DNA of 63,561 nucleotides, counting the filler, from Octopus bimaculoides (lineage: Eukaryota), in assembly GCF_001194135.2 (NCBI RefSeq). It is 6 parts of 6 records of this genome, joined end to end, with 100 filler letters (N's around TTAATTAATTAA, not from the genome) between each part and the next. Parts side by side here need not be neighbours in the genome. Positions count along the whole stretch, not along the records: positions 15,367 to 43,020 come from NC_068990.1; positions 43,121 to 45,635 come from NC_068982.1; positions 45,736 to 54,469 come from NC_069005.1; 3 more parts are not named here. The stretch is one strand, 5' to 3'. This document shows, one piece after another, positions 39,205 through 50,999 of this stretch; position 1 is the stretch's first letter, and each line of letters opens with the position of its first letter. Made by a program: the position numbers and the translations under genes. The notes under the pieces are model-generated. The model made no database searches. It was not told the DNA's origin and was given only the letters and a program-made list of their open reading frames with translations.

Positions 39205-39350
39205 TCTCTCGTTAATGGTACCTAATTTATCGACCTCCGAAAGGAATAGTCGACCTAAGCGGAATTTGAACTCAGATCGTTAAGGCAGACGAAATACCGC
39301 TAAGCATTTCGCCTGGCGTGCTAACGATTCTGCCAGCTCGCCACCTTGCT
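39205..39350 (-). mobile_element. Family-A SINE
   Basis: GAATTTGAACTCAGA...GAAATACCGCTAAGCATTTCGCCTGGCGTGCTAACGATTCTGCCAGCTCGCC. Confidence 0.85.
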
Positions 39351-39457
39351 GAGAACAAATAATAATAATAATAATAGCTGAACTATTGCTGGCAGCGATC
39401 CAGGCAAATCGCCTGAATTGAATCTTCTAATCTGTGTGGTTAATGTATACACGACAG

Positions 39458-39523
39458 ATTTCTTTGCCGACGACATACCAGACGTCATACAGCAGGGATC
39501 AGTTCAGCGAAGGACATGGGCAA
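39458..39523 (+). CDS. Candidate exon or first-exon end in a CpG-rich patch
   Basis: Strong donor CAA|GTAAGT directly after ATGGGCAA. The 66 bp from an upstream CAG are open in two frames. Acceptor is weak. Confidence 0.25.
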
Positions 39524-40914
39524 GTAAGTGTTAATAATTTCTAACCAATAACTCGGCGGAAGACAACGATGTTCCGGAAGATCTTGGCGCTCGTCGGTAG
39601 TGTGGTCGGAATGACGCAGGCAGACGACTTCCGTTACGTTGTCGAAAACTGCATTGTTACCATAAACACTGGCATATTATTTGAGATCAGATAAAATAAC
39701 TGCCCATCAGAACCATTTCGATCTACACGTTTGGGTCGTCAAGGATGTTCCTTTTTATCATTGGGTCGTCAAGGATGACCCCCTGTTATCATTAACATTG
39801 GAGACACAGATGCAACAACTGGAGCCTTAGAGAGATTCCTTTTCGAATTGGGATGCAAGAAATCTATTACTGCAGAAATGGCAAAAAACGGAATAAAATA
39901 TATTCAACCCGACTTCTATTAGAAGAGTAATATTTCCTAGGAACCCTATATATTCACTTAATTTTTTTTGTTCTGGTACCTTTAGCCAATGTTTGCAGCC
40001 GACTAGACTTGGTTGCAAATGCTATGGCAGAATTAACAAGTGTTTTTGTGTACGAACGAGAACTGTCAATTGTTCTTAATGTATGGATGTGTCGCTATAT
40101 ATGGATGTCTCAATTATTCTTGTATGGACGTGTCGATGAAGTTATTGCAATGTTAATACAGAGCATGGAAGTTGAAGTGGGGACGAAATACAAATACAAA
40201 ACCGAGGTAAGGGCATTGTTTGAATTAGTAATGTGAAGGATATGTCTTAAGAATTAGTATTAAGGTAACATGCTATTATATGATGCAGTAGTTCAAATTT
40301 TTTCAGAGTCTCTGTAATATATGTCAATACCTAAAGCAGTTCGGTACAATACTTTTACTCTGGCATGTGTTTACTACTTATAATTTGTGGGTTTATATTT
40401 TATATATCTGGGCCATTTATATGCGTTACTCAGTCTTTCTAAATGTTCTCTTTCATTTTCAAGCAATTCAGAAATAATGATGTCATTCAATGAGTGATAA
40501 TCTTTAAGGTCATATCTATTAATTTTTCATTGTACATTCCTTCTGGACTCGACCTGGGTTTTTTTTTTTTTACGCTATAAAATTTGGAGCTGAGTATTCA
40601 TTTATCCTACACAACTAGTATTAGATTTTCGTTTTAAGAAACGTTTAGTCAAAATGCAAAGAATGAAACATAGAACAGTCCATATACACTTGACTGTTCT
40701 TTTTTTTTCGCTGTATAATTAACCGTTGCCTAATTTTGATTTCAGTGATTCTGTAGCATGGTTTCTTGTTCTTTATGGCGATAAAAAAAGGACCAGATAA
40801 AAATTTTAATTTAAATTCTCCGTGCCTCATCCCTTTTAAATTTGCTTTATAGGTACATACATACGCACATACATAATATTTACACACACACACACACACT
40901 CACACACACTCACA

Positions 40915-40989
<75 letters not shown>

Positions 40990-41102
40990 ACACACACAAA
41001 TATGTTGGTATGTATAGAAAAGAAGTATGTATGCATATATAAATAGATATGTATATGTGTGGATATATAAAAGAATATATATACATGTGGGGAAAAGTTT
41101 AC

Positions 41103-41424
41103 GGATCTTTCTGTTTGGCGGACACCACTTGTTTTCTTAACGAAACACTTTCAAACTTGGGACACTGGTAGAATGTGTCATATAAAACATCTTTTATTCT
41201 TATTATTATTGAGAAAAGTTTATATTTTTGAAGTTATTTCGTGTTAAAATTGTCGTATTTCGGTAATTTCAACCAATCACTGACGTCTATTGAGGTGAAA
41301 ACAATTACTGCTGTGGATTGTCAACAAAACGTTGTGCGGTGTAATGAGATCTTTTCCCTTGAATAAAATTAGTGTCGTTGTTTGTCAACAACAACTATCG
41401 GTGTCCGCCAAATCAGAAAGATCT
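41103..41424. mobile_element. 322-bp MITE with 8-bp TSD, related to 44529-45136
   Basis: TSD AAGTTTAC at 41095-41102 and 41425-41432. TIR GGATCTTTCTGTTTGGCGGACACC / GGTGTCCGCCAAATCAGAAAGATCT. Shares the internal block TTAACGAAACACTTT..AAACTTGG..ACACTGGTAGAATGTGTCATATAAAACATC. Confidence 0.85.
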
Positions 41425-42090
41425 AAGTTTACCAACAAACTTATTTTTTCTAAACGTTTCAAATGGGATGTAAAAGTTATACAATCATAAATTAACTTTG
41501 CACAGAGGCAGATTCTTGTGTGGAACTGTGCGAGATATGTTCTTGTAACAGGCAGAAGTTACTTTACGTCCCGTTCAAGTAAACAGGTGATAAGCGCGGT
41601 AATGGTTGGTCTTCATCACTTTATCACGTTATTATCCCTAAATACTTAATTTTTATTTTTCATCTTGCTTTTCTTTTCTCTTCTTATAATCTGATCATGA
41701 AGGTAGGTCAGGCATGGGGGCCTGAGCCATGGCAGCGCGTTGATGTCTTCACCATTTGTCGGTATGTTCCCAGGTTCACATGAGGTTAATCGCAGATGAA
41801 CATACCTATAAACGAAAGCGTCTAGCCGTGATAATCCCATGATTTTTTTGTTTTAATAAAGTAAATTATATTTTATAAAATGTCATTTCTGAAGACGTTG
41901 AAGTATGATATGAGGCATTTTTGATTGTTATTTTTAGCTACTGCCGACATTACACACCAAAATCCTTAAAAAAAACAAAGCTGATGTTTAGTGCCTTTCC
42001 TGTAGCAAGAGGTTGTGGTATATTTTCACATCAATTAATAATGTAGAGCAATAACTATCCCAACATATCCATCGTCATCATCGTCATCGT

Positions 42091-42156
<66 letters not shown>

Positions 42157-42247
42157 AACATGTAATAATTAGTCTAGCTACAAACGTTGATATAATGATT
42201 GCGAACCTTACACATGATAGACATATCTGATTACACACACAGACACA

Positions 42248-42282
<35 letters not shown>

Positions 42283-42373
42283 NNNNNNNNNNNNNNNNNN
42301 NNNNNNNNNNNNNNNNNNNNNNNNNNNNNNNNNNNNNNNNNNNNNNNNNNNNNNNNNNNNNNNNNNNNNNNNN

Positions 42374-42444
<71 letters not shown>

Positions 42445-44331
42445 ATATGCACGAATATGTATTTTCTGTGTGAGTGTGTTTATATATACATATACTAGAC
42501 ATATAGCTATATGTGCATGTATGTGTATGCATCAAAATAGATACGCGCGCGCGCATATATACATATATATATAGAATGCATGTGGGTGAATGTGTGTATA
42601 TGTGACTGCGTGTCTATGTGGCTCCTTATCTATCTACATACTTCCGGCCATATATACAATGTATGCAAAATAGCAAACGCTGTTTACAGTTGTTTTTCTT
42701 TTCCCTTTCATTCATTTTATGCACTTTACTCGTCTCTGACTGACAAACTCAAAATATTAATCATTAATTAAATTGGAACTCAGTTTAAAACCAGATGCTT
42801 CATGCAATAAAGTCGTGCGCGCGCGTCTTTGTGTGATTGTGTGGGTGTGCGTTTGTGCGTGCATATGTGTCTGCGCGTGAATGTGTGTGTTTATGTGTGT
42901 GCGTGTGCGTGTGTGTGTGAGTGTGGGTGTCCGTGTGGATGTGTGTGCGTGTGTGTGTGTAAAACATCTTTCACACGCAATACATATATAACTGTCTATA
43001 TGTAAATATATATACATATANNNNNNNNNNNNNNNNNNNNNNNNNNNNNNNNNNNNNNNNNNNNTTAATTAATTAANNNNNNNNNNNNNNNNNNNNNNNN
43101 NNNNNNNNNNNNNNNNNNNNAAGCATTTTCCCAAACTCTTCAAGCAAAATAATATGAAATGTTTCAAACTAAATCTGATGTCACGTGGTAATCTCCATTT
43201 CCTTGGAAACCACACCAGGGCCACCTCTTGAAGCATATCTCTGAAAGACATGAGTTTAGTTTTTCCTTCGTGACGATGGAGCCTCTCTGTGAAAGAAAGA
43301 TAGAAGGAAGGAAGGAAAGGACTAAGGGAATACAAGAAGAAAGAAAGAAAGGAAGGAAGGAGGGAAAGTAAGTAAGGAAAGAAAGAAAATTCGATGTAAG
43401 TTCCTATATAAGCTAGGCGGATAAAATTGTTTTAGCATCAATACTTCAGATTGTAAATGGTTTCTCTCATGTATTCTCTCCTTTATCTTTTCATTTCTTA
43501 TTCTCTCTCTCTTTCATTCTTTATCTTTCTCTTGCTTTCGTTCTTCATCTTAGTTGTCTTTCTTTTTTTCTCTCTCTCTCTATTTTCTTTCTTTCTGACC
43601 ATATTTTCCCCTTTACGCTGAACTATGATATTATAAACGTTTTTAACAAGTGTTTCTCCTCTGAAGGAAGGACAGCTGGCAAGGCAAGGGCTATTGATAT
43701 TTAAAAGTTGATTCAGCAATAAGCACTGTAATTGTGGTTTTATGAAAGAGAAATCACAACAACAACAACAACAACAACAACGAAAAGAAAATAAAGGGAG
43801 AAAGGGAACAAAAGAATAAGAAAAACAGAAAGAAAAGGAAGAGAAAAGACAGAGAAAAATGGGAGAAATTTTCCGATAACAATTAATATGTAAGATTGTC
43901 GATTCTTTGGAGAAATAATCGCAGAAGGAAAGAAAGTTGGTCGCTTTGATGTACTTAGCTGTCATCAATAAGAATATAAAGAGAAAAAACGGCCGTCTTG
44001 TTTTTCATTATGCACGAAACTGCTTCCCCTGTATAATAATAACACATTAGTGTCTTAACGAAAACTGTAGTTTTCGAGCCTTGTAGCTAAATGTCGCTGG
44101 CATTATGTGACAGACAAAGCAGGACAAAAGTGCAATGATAGCGGTTTTGTTGTGACGCTCTTTTATACAAGGAGGCATATAAAGGTTAAAAAGGCTCCTG
44201 TAGATGTTAATACGCTGTTTCGCTTCACATAAGCCGTCGATCAAGAAGTAGACCGGCTAACAACAGTGAACCAATTACGTGACTGACTTCCTTTCATTTT
44301 CCGACTGCCGTGGACATTTCACTTCACTTAC

Positions 44332-44388
44332 GTCACTTGTCCAGCCTGACTGGAAAGGCATGAATACCACAAAATCTTCATTTTTCTC
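44332..44388 (-). CDS. Candidate 57-bp exon (unidentified)
   Basis: ttttatAG...GTAAGT; open in phase 0 (EKNEDFVVFMPFQSGWTSD) and phase 2. Pyrimidine tract is weak and no homology was recognised. Confidence 0.25.
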
Positions 44389-44528
44389 CTATAAAATCAT
44401 AGGCCGAATGTTTCCATAACTCGATATGAAACAGCGAACACCATTGAATAAAAGTGGTGATGGTGTTCATTAGTGGGCAGTGACTGAGACATTGTGACTT
44501 AGTGATTCTCGACAATAGAAGGTGTCTA

Positions 44529-45136
44529 GGATCTTTTTTAAAACGGGGGCCACATTTTTCATTAACGAAACACTTTGAAACTTGGAACACTGGTAGAATG
44601 TGTCATATAAAACATCTTTTTCTCTTAGTCTTCTTAAAAAAAAAAGAAATCCCCAAGTTATTCCATGTTAAAGTTGTCGTATTTCTGTAATTTTAACCAA
44701 TCACTGACGCCCATTCAGCCGATATACATTAAGTGCCGACTACATAAACAAACGATTCTGAAACAATTCTATCGGTGATAGTGTTAGGGTTAGGATTAGG
44801 GTTAGGGTTAGGGTTAGGGTTAGGGTAAAACAGTAAATTTAAAAAGAAAAAAAGCAAATAAAACGAAGAAAAAAAAAGAAAATGAAAAAAGCAAATAAAA
44901 CGAAGCTATGGCTTAATCAGCCAAAGGAGTAAATGTAAACAACTGAATACTTGTCAGTGATTGGTTGAAATTATCGAAATAAGACAATTTTTTACATGAA
45001 ATAAATTCGAATACAAAAATATTTTTCTGTTCTATAACACAAAATAGATAAGTATACGAAGTTTGAAAGTCTTTCGGTACCAAAAACACTACGTAAACAT
45101 TAATGAAAAATGTGGCCCCCGTTTTAAAAAAGATCC
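44529..45136. mobile_element. 608-bp MITE with GGATC termini and 8-bp TSD (Merlin-like)
   Basis: TSD GGTGTCTA at 44521-44528 and 45137-45144. TIR of about 35 bp, GGATCTTTTTTAAAACGGGGGCCACATTTTTCATTAA. Internal inverted repeat and central TTAGGG tract. Confidence 0.9.
44784..44825 (+). repeat. Interstitial telomeric-type repeat (TTAGGG)7
   Basis: TTAGGG TTAGGA followed by (TTAGGG)5, inside the MITE. Confidence 0.95.
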
Positions 45137-45282
45137 GGTGTCTACTTAATTTGTGTTGTGTATCTAATGTTAGTTGGGAAATACAGGAATGTCACAACAT
45201 CTTATCTATGCATCAGAACTATTATTGTACTTACTAAGAAGACACTACTTTACAAAGGGAAGGTTGTGTGTATATGTGTGTG

Positions 45283-45334
<52 letters not shown>

Positions 45335-45357
45335 TGTATGTGTGTGCGTGTATGTGT

Positions 45358-45398
<41 letters not shown>

Positions 45399-45510
45399 TA
45401 TACACACATGTACGTGCATGCACACATACATACGTATGTATGTATGTATGTATGTATGTATGTGTGTGTGTGTGTGTGTATGTATGCATGAACATATGTA
45501 CGTATATGTA

Positions 45511-45541
<31 letters not shown>

Positions 45542-45805
45542 TTCAGTACTCAAGGAAAGGACCACGTGCGCATGCAAGAAATAACAGTAAACTATGAACG
45601 TCATTCTTAATTTTAATTTCAATTTTATTTTATTANNNNNNNNNNNNNNNNNNNNNNNNNNNNNNNNNNNNNNNNNNNNTTAATTAATTAANNNNNNNNN
45701 NNNNNNNNNNNNNNNNNNNNNNNNNNNNNNNNNNNATATATATATATATATATATATATATTTGTATATATATATGTGTGTGTGTGTATATATATATACA
45801 CACAC

Positions 45806-46316
45806 TGCTATGCCAAGTTCAAAAATAGAAATTTTGATCTCAAAGACGCACCTCATTCTGGCCGTCCAGCTGAGTTCGATGAAGAGTGATTAAACCAACT
45901 TTTGCATAAAAATTCTCATTAAACGACAAGGAAAATGGCAGAGAAAATGGAATGCTCCCACACTGCTATAGAGAAGCATCTTCACTCGATGGGGAAGGTT
46001 CAGAAGTATGGAGCATGGGCTCTGCATACTTTAAGTGACAAGAACAAAAATCAATGAGCCACAATCTCTTTCAAATGCTATGCGTGGAGATTCGTTCAAT
46101 GCTGATGCAGAATTGAGAGCTTGGTTGGATTTAATTTTCCGAGTCGAAATCGGGTGATTTCTACCAACGAGGTACTGAAAATCTTGTTGCACGTTGGGAA
46201 GAAGTTGTAAACAACAAGGGTGAATACATCATTGATTAATTAGTTGTTATTATTTATTAAACCTTTTAAAAAATTAAAATTTAAAAAAATGGCAGGCACT
46301 TACTTGCCAACCCAAT
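45806..46316 (+). pseudogene. Internally deleted mariner (HTH region fused to C-terminus) with 3' TIR
   Basis: YAKFKNRNFDLKDAPHSGRP...MGKVQKYGAW joined to ..DFYQRGTENLVARWEEVVNNKGEYIID*. Ends in ACTTACTTGCCAACCCAATA followed by (TA)n. Confidence 0.85.
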
Positions 46317-47269
46317 ATATATATATATATATATATANNNNNNNNNNNNNNNNNNNNNNNNNNNNNNNNNNNNNNNNNNNNNNNNNNNNNNNNNNNNNNN
46401 NNNNNNNNNNNNNNNNNNNNNNNNNNNNNNNNNNNNNNNNNNNNNNNNNNNNNNNNNNNNNNNNNNNNNNNNNNNNNNNNNNNNNNNNNNNNNNNNNNNN
46501 NNNNNNNNNNNNNNNNNNNNNNNNNNNNNNNNNNNNNNNNNNNNNNNNNNNNNNNNNNNNNNNNNNNNNNNNNNNNNNNNNNNNNNNNNNNNNNNNNNNN
46601 NNNNNNNNNNNNNNNNNNNNNNNNNNNNNNNNNNNNNNNNNNNNNNNNNNNNNNNNNNNNNNNNNNNNNNNNNNNNNNNNNNNNNNNNNNNNNNNNNNNN
46701 NNNNNNNNNNNNNNNNNNNNNNNNNNNNNNNNNNNNNNNNNNNNNNNNNNNNNNNNNNNNNNNNNNNNNNNNNNNNNNNNNNNNNNNNNNNNNNNNNNNN
46801 NNNNNNNNNNNNNNNNNNNNNNNNNNNNNNNNNNNNNNNNNNNNNNNNNNNNNNNNNNNNNNNNNNNNNNNNNNNNNNNNNNNNNNNNNNNNNNNNNNNN
46901 NNNNNNNNNNNNNNNNNNNNNNNNNNNNNNNNNNNNNNNNNNNNNNNNNNNNNNNNNNNNNNNNNNNNNNNNNNNNNNNNNNNNNNNNNNNNNNNNNNNN
47001 NNNNNNNNNNNNNNNNNNNNNNNNNNNNNNNNNNNNNNNNNNNNNNNNNNNNNNNNNNNNNNNNNNNNNNNNNNNNNNNNNNNNNNNNNNNNNNNNNNNN
47101 NNNNNNNNNNNNNNNNNNNNNNNNNNNNNNNNNNNNNNNNNNNNNNNNNNNNNNNNNNNNNNNNNNNNNNNNNNNNNNNNNNNNNNNNNNNNNNNNNNNN
47201 NNNNNNNNNNNNNNNNNNNNNNNNNNNNNNNNNNNNNNNNNNNNNNNNNNNNNNNNNNNNNNNNNNNNN

Positions 47270-47575
47270 TGATGCTTCTTATGTTCAGCTTTTCTCTCAA
47301 GATACTTACACTCTGACGGGTATGCACACTGACATTACACATCCAACGAAGCATACTGGCTTCATTCCTTGCGAGCTTACGCATGTCCTCAGCAGTTACA
47401 GCCCATGTTTCACTGCCATGTAGCATGGCTGTTCATACACATGCGTCATACAGTCTGCCTTTTACTCTGAGTGAGAGTCCCTTTGTCGCCAGCAGAGGTA
47501 AGAGCTCTCTAAACTTGGCCCAGGCTATTCTTATTCTAGCAGCTACACTTTCAGCGCACCCACCCCCACTACTTC
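47270..47575 (-). mobile_element. RTE-clade LINE fragment (RT C-terminal region)
   Basis: RIAWAKFRELLPLLATKGLSLRVKGRLYDACV*TAMLHGSETWAVTAEDMRKLARNEASMLRWMCNVS; continues into the gap. Confidence 0.85.
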
Positions 47576-48397
47576 AATTAATTTTAAATATAACAAAAGA
47601 ATTTAGAAAAATAACTTAGTTATCATTAAGCTAATGTTAGGAACATAAATTGTGACTAAGGTTTGGAGAAAGGTTTTAATTCAGAACTTTTGAAAACAAG
47701 ACAGTTGTACTTCAGAGCCAGAAGCAGTTCTAGACGGGTTGGTATCAAAAGGGTTAAACTTCCCAACACTACCACAAAACAATGAAGATTGATATGAATG
47801 CCAAGTCTATTCTATTTTCTCATTAATAAAAAGAAAGGAGAAAAATTCTGTCACTAATCTTGGATGAGGACTGGTATTTGTCAATTTGAAATCCTTTGCA
47901 TCAAGCTTCTGATTCTTTCTACGAATGTAATTTCAATCCAATTTTATTGACTTTATCATTTGTTTCAGTAATAGTTTATTATAGCTCAATAATGGAAATT
48001 CACTATCAACAATTTTGAAACCAATGCTATCGATCAAAATATATAGTCCTTGAAAACTGACTTTACAATCTGGTCTCTTCTGCTACTAAAAGCCATTTTG
48101 TTTCCTTTGTATTCTGAATTCTGTTCACAAATTTTTTGAAAATCACAATGTTCTCTCTTGTAGTAAATAAGTCTAATTCAGATAAACTAACATTATATGA
48201 AAGAAAACAAAATGTCTATGAAATCTAAGCATCACTATAGGTTTTGAAAATAGTATATATGTTGAGTGAATTACTTTACAGAGAGTAAGGAATTTCACTT
48301 ACTAAACTTCCAAATTCCGATACTTGGTTAAGTTTGCGAGCCATGTAACCATCAATACCTGGGTGATGTAAAAGAAAAGAAATTCAAGAAAATATAT

Positions 48398-49330
48398 ATC
48401 AGATCATCCCATAAGTTCTGTCCGATTTTACCTTTTTTAAAATTCAATGAAATTTAATAGTATTTTAGAATGTCTAATGGAATTAAAAATTGTTTTTATG
48501 CATTTGTGTACATTTAAACTAATTAAATATTATTTTACAGAATAATAGAATTAAAATTTCTTTGATTAAAACCCTTTCTAACATGGAAGTATCCAGAGAG
48601 CATTTGAGGCACAGAATGCTTTAGGAATACAAAAANNNNNNNNNNNNNNNNNNNNNNNNNNNNNNNNNNNNNNNNNNNNNNNNNNNNNNNNNNNNNNNNN
48701 NNNNNNNNNNNNNNNNNNNNNNNNNNNNNNNNNNNNNNNNNNNNNNNNNNNNNNNNNNNNNNNNNNNNNNNNNNNNNNNNNNNNNNNNNNNNNNNNNNNN
48801 NNNNNNNNNNNNNNNNNNNNNNNNNNNNNTCATGAATTGTCCGAAAGCAACCGCAAATCCTGAGTTGACATCTGCTCTTCTCTCCATTCTCGCGAATTCA
48901 TTTCACCCTTTTTTTGGATAGACTTGTGACGAAAAATGGATCTTCTATCAAAATGTTAAATGTCGTAAACGGTGGCTCGGTAAAAGGGAAAAAGCTCAAC
49001 CACAACCGAGAAGGGAACTTCATGGGAAAAAGGTTCTTCTCTTTATCCGGTGGGATTGCAAAGGAGTAATTCACTTTGAATTGTTACCACCTAATGCAAC
49101 AATCAATGCTCAAGTCTACTGTCAGCAATTTGAGCATTTGAACCAAACNNNNNNNNNNATGCAACAATCAATGCTCAAGTCTACTGTCAGCAATTTGAGC
49201 ATTTGAACCAAACTTTGAAGAAAAAAAAGACCTGCTTTAGTGAATTGAAAAGGAGTGATGTTTCATCAGGACAATGCGCAACCCCACACTGCAAAGATCA
49301 CATCACAGAAGATCGAAGAGCTTGGTTGAA
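48398..49330 (+). pseudogene. Mariner element spanning a gap (5' TIR, N-terminus, catalytic core), 3' truncated
   Basis: TIR-like TATCAGATCATCCCATAAGTTCTGTCCG; MEVSREHLRH; then DEKWIFYQN...LHGKKVLL...WDCKGVIHFELLP...TINAQVYCQQ...VMFHQDNAQPH. Confidence 0.85.
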
Positions 49331-49808
49331 TCAACAGCTAAGTTCTTATTACTATTCAGACTCAGTAAATGAATCTAGGATTTTCCCCCCTTCTTTCAAT
49401 ATCTAGTTTGTCAAGGCTACATGTAATTTCATTTCAATTTCAGACAGCCTCCTCCTCTCATTGCAAAATGCTTATGCAATAAATTTGCCGATTAAAACGT
49501 TCATGCGTATTAACTTAGCTGTTGATTCAAGAGAGAATAAGTGAGTGAGCTGTTGATTCATGAACGGCAGCGAATAAATGGAACAGTGTATGGGAAACCA
49601 CTATAAATATATGAAAGACCGTGAGCACAGACCTTCTGCAAACTAAGTTTATGCACCACATAGCTAGATGTGCTTTACAAACTACAAACACATACCTCTG
49701 TGTATGTTGGTGTGCCTATATATACATCCTCATTTTTAAGTATGCTTTCATTGAGAATGAGAATATGATTACTGGTAGTAGAGAAGGGTAACGAAAAATG
49801 TACTTTTA

Positions 49809-50008
49809 GAGGGATGAAGTGAAGTCTGTTGTAGTAAAGGGTTGAGGATGAACTGATAGTCCCTGATATATAGATATATGCCTTGTGAAGGGTGGAGGTG
49901 CCAGAGGGATGAAGTGAAGTCTGTTATAGTAAAGGGTTGAGGATGAAGTGATAGTCCCTGATATATAGAGATATGCCTAGTGAAGGGTGAAGGTGCCAGA
50001 GGGATGAA
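49809..50008. repeat. 95-bp tandem duplication (2.1 copies)
   Basis: GAGGGATGAA starts at 49809, 49904 and 49999; the two full copies differ by several substitutions. Confidence 0.9.
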
Positions 50009-50999
50009 TTGGACCAATACAGAGGTCTAGTGGAGGAATGAAGGTAGACTGAGGGCAACAACTAAGGAACAGTGTGATGAAGGGGGTTCAAAGGCAGTAA
50101 CATGAAGGGGAAAGCAGATGTACAATGTATACTTAACAGAATATCATGTATTTCAGACTCTAAACTCTACCCTTGTACCAGGTATGTTTCACCATATGTG
50201 GTCAGGTCTTCTGCAACACTGTACATTGCCATTCAGTTCAGTCTATTGTTATCATCACTGCAAGATGCAATATTTTCAGAAAAATCCATCATCACCTAAT
50301 CCCAAGTTTTCCTTGATCTTCAACTTCCATGGGTTTCATTAACTTGGAGTTCTTTGCACTTAATGTAGTTGTCAGCCACCCACATAGATTTATTTTTTAG
50401 TTGAGTCAGTCTCTTAAATGAAGTAATTATAACAACCACTTAAACATTACCAGACATATCATCTAACTTTATATGTCTACAATTTTAAACTCACCATCCA
50501 GTATAGCTGAGAAACTGTAGACAAGCAGGAACCAGAAAGGATTTTGATACCAAAAGAATGCTACAAACAGCAACAACAATCGAACATAACCTGCAAAAGA
50601 ACAACAAGAAAAGGCCAGCTTAGAATTGCGTACTTAACATGTTTATTATAAAGATGCAAAATGTTTCTTACTTGAGACTATATCCAGTAAGTCTGTATTA
50701 TTAACATTTCAATTTTTTCTCTCTGTAATTTCTAAAACATTTTTAACCATTCTAATTATTAGCTGTAATTAACATCCAGCTGGTCCTTTCTATATTGTAA
50801 CCTTGATTCTTACTGTTACAACTATTCACTCAATTTCTACACTACAAACATTACATTTCAGAGGTGACAGCTTTCAGTTGCTTAATGCATACATCCCCCA
50901 AACAGTGCAGTGTGGAAAACATGAGAGAGAGAGAGAGAGAGAGAACAGTTATTTTGTCATCTAAAAGCTTAAACAGTTCACTGACAATAAAGGAAAAAA

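Noticed and set aside
41646-41840. GC-richer patch with open frames on both strands (MGLSRLDAFVYR|gtatgt; VRHGGLSHGSALMSSPFVGMFPG)
   Set aside because: Splice signals are ambiguous and no homology was recognised; not enough to call an exon.
49094-49213. 55-bp exact direct repeat within the mariner relic
   Set aside because: The copies flank a 10-N gap and are identical, typical of unmerged contig overlap.
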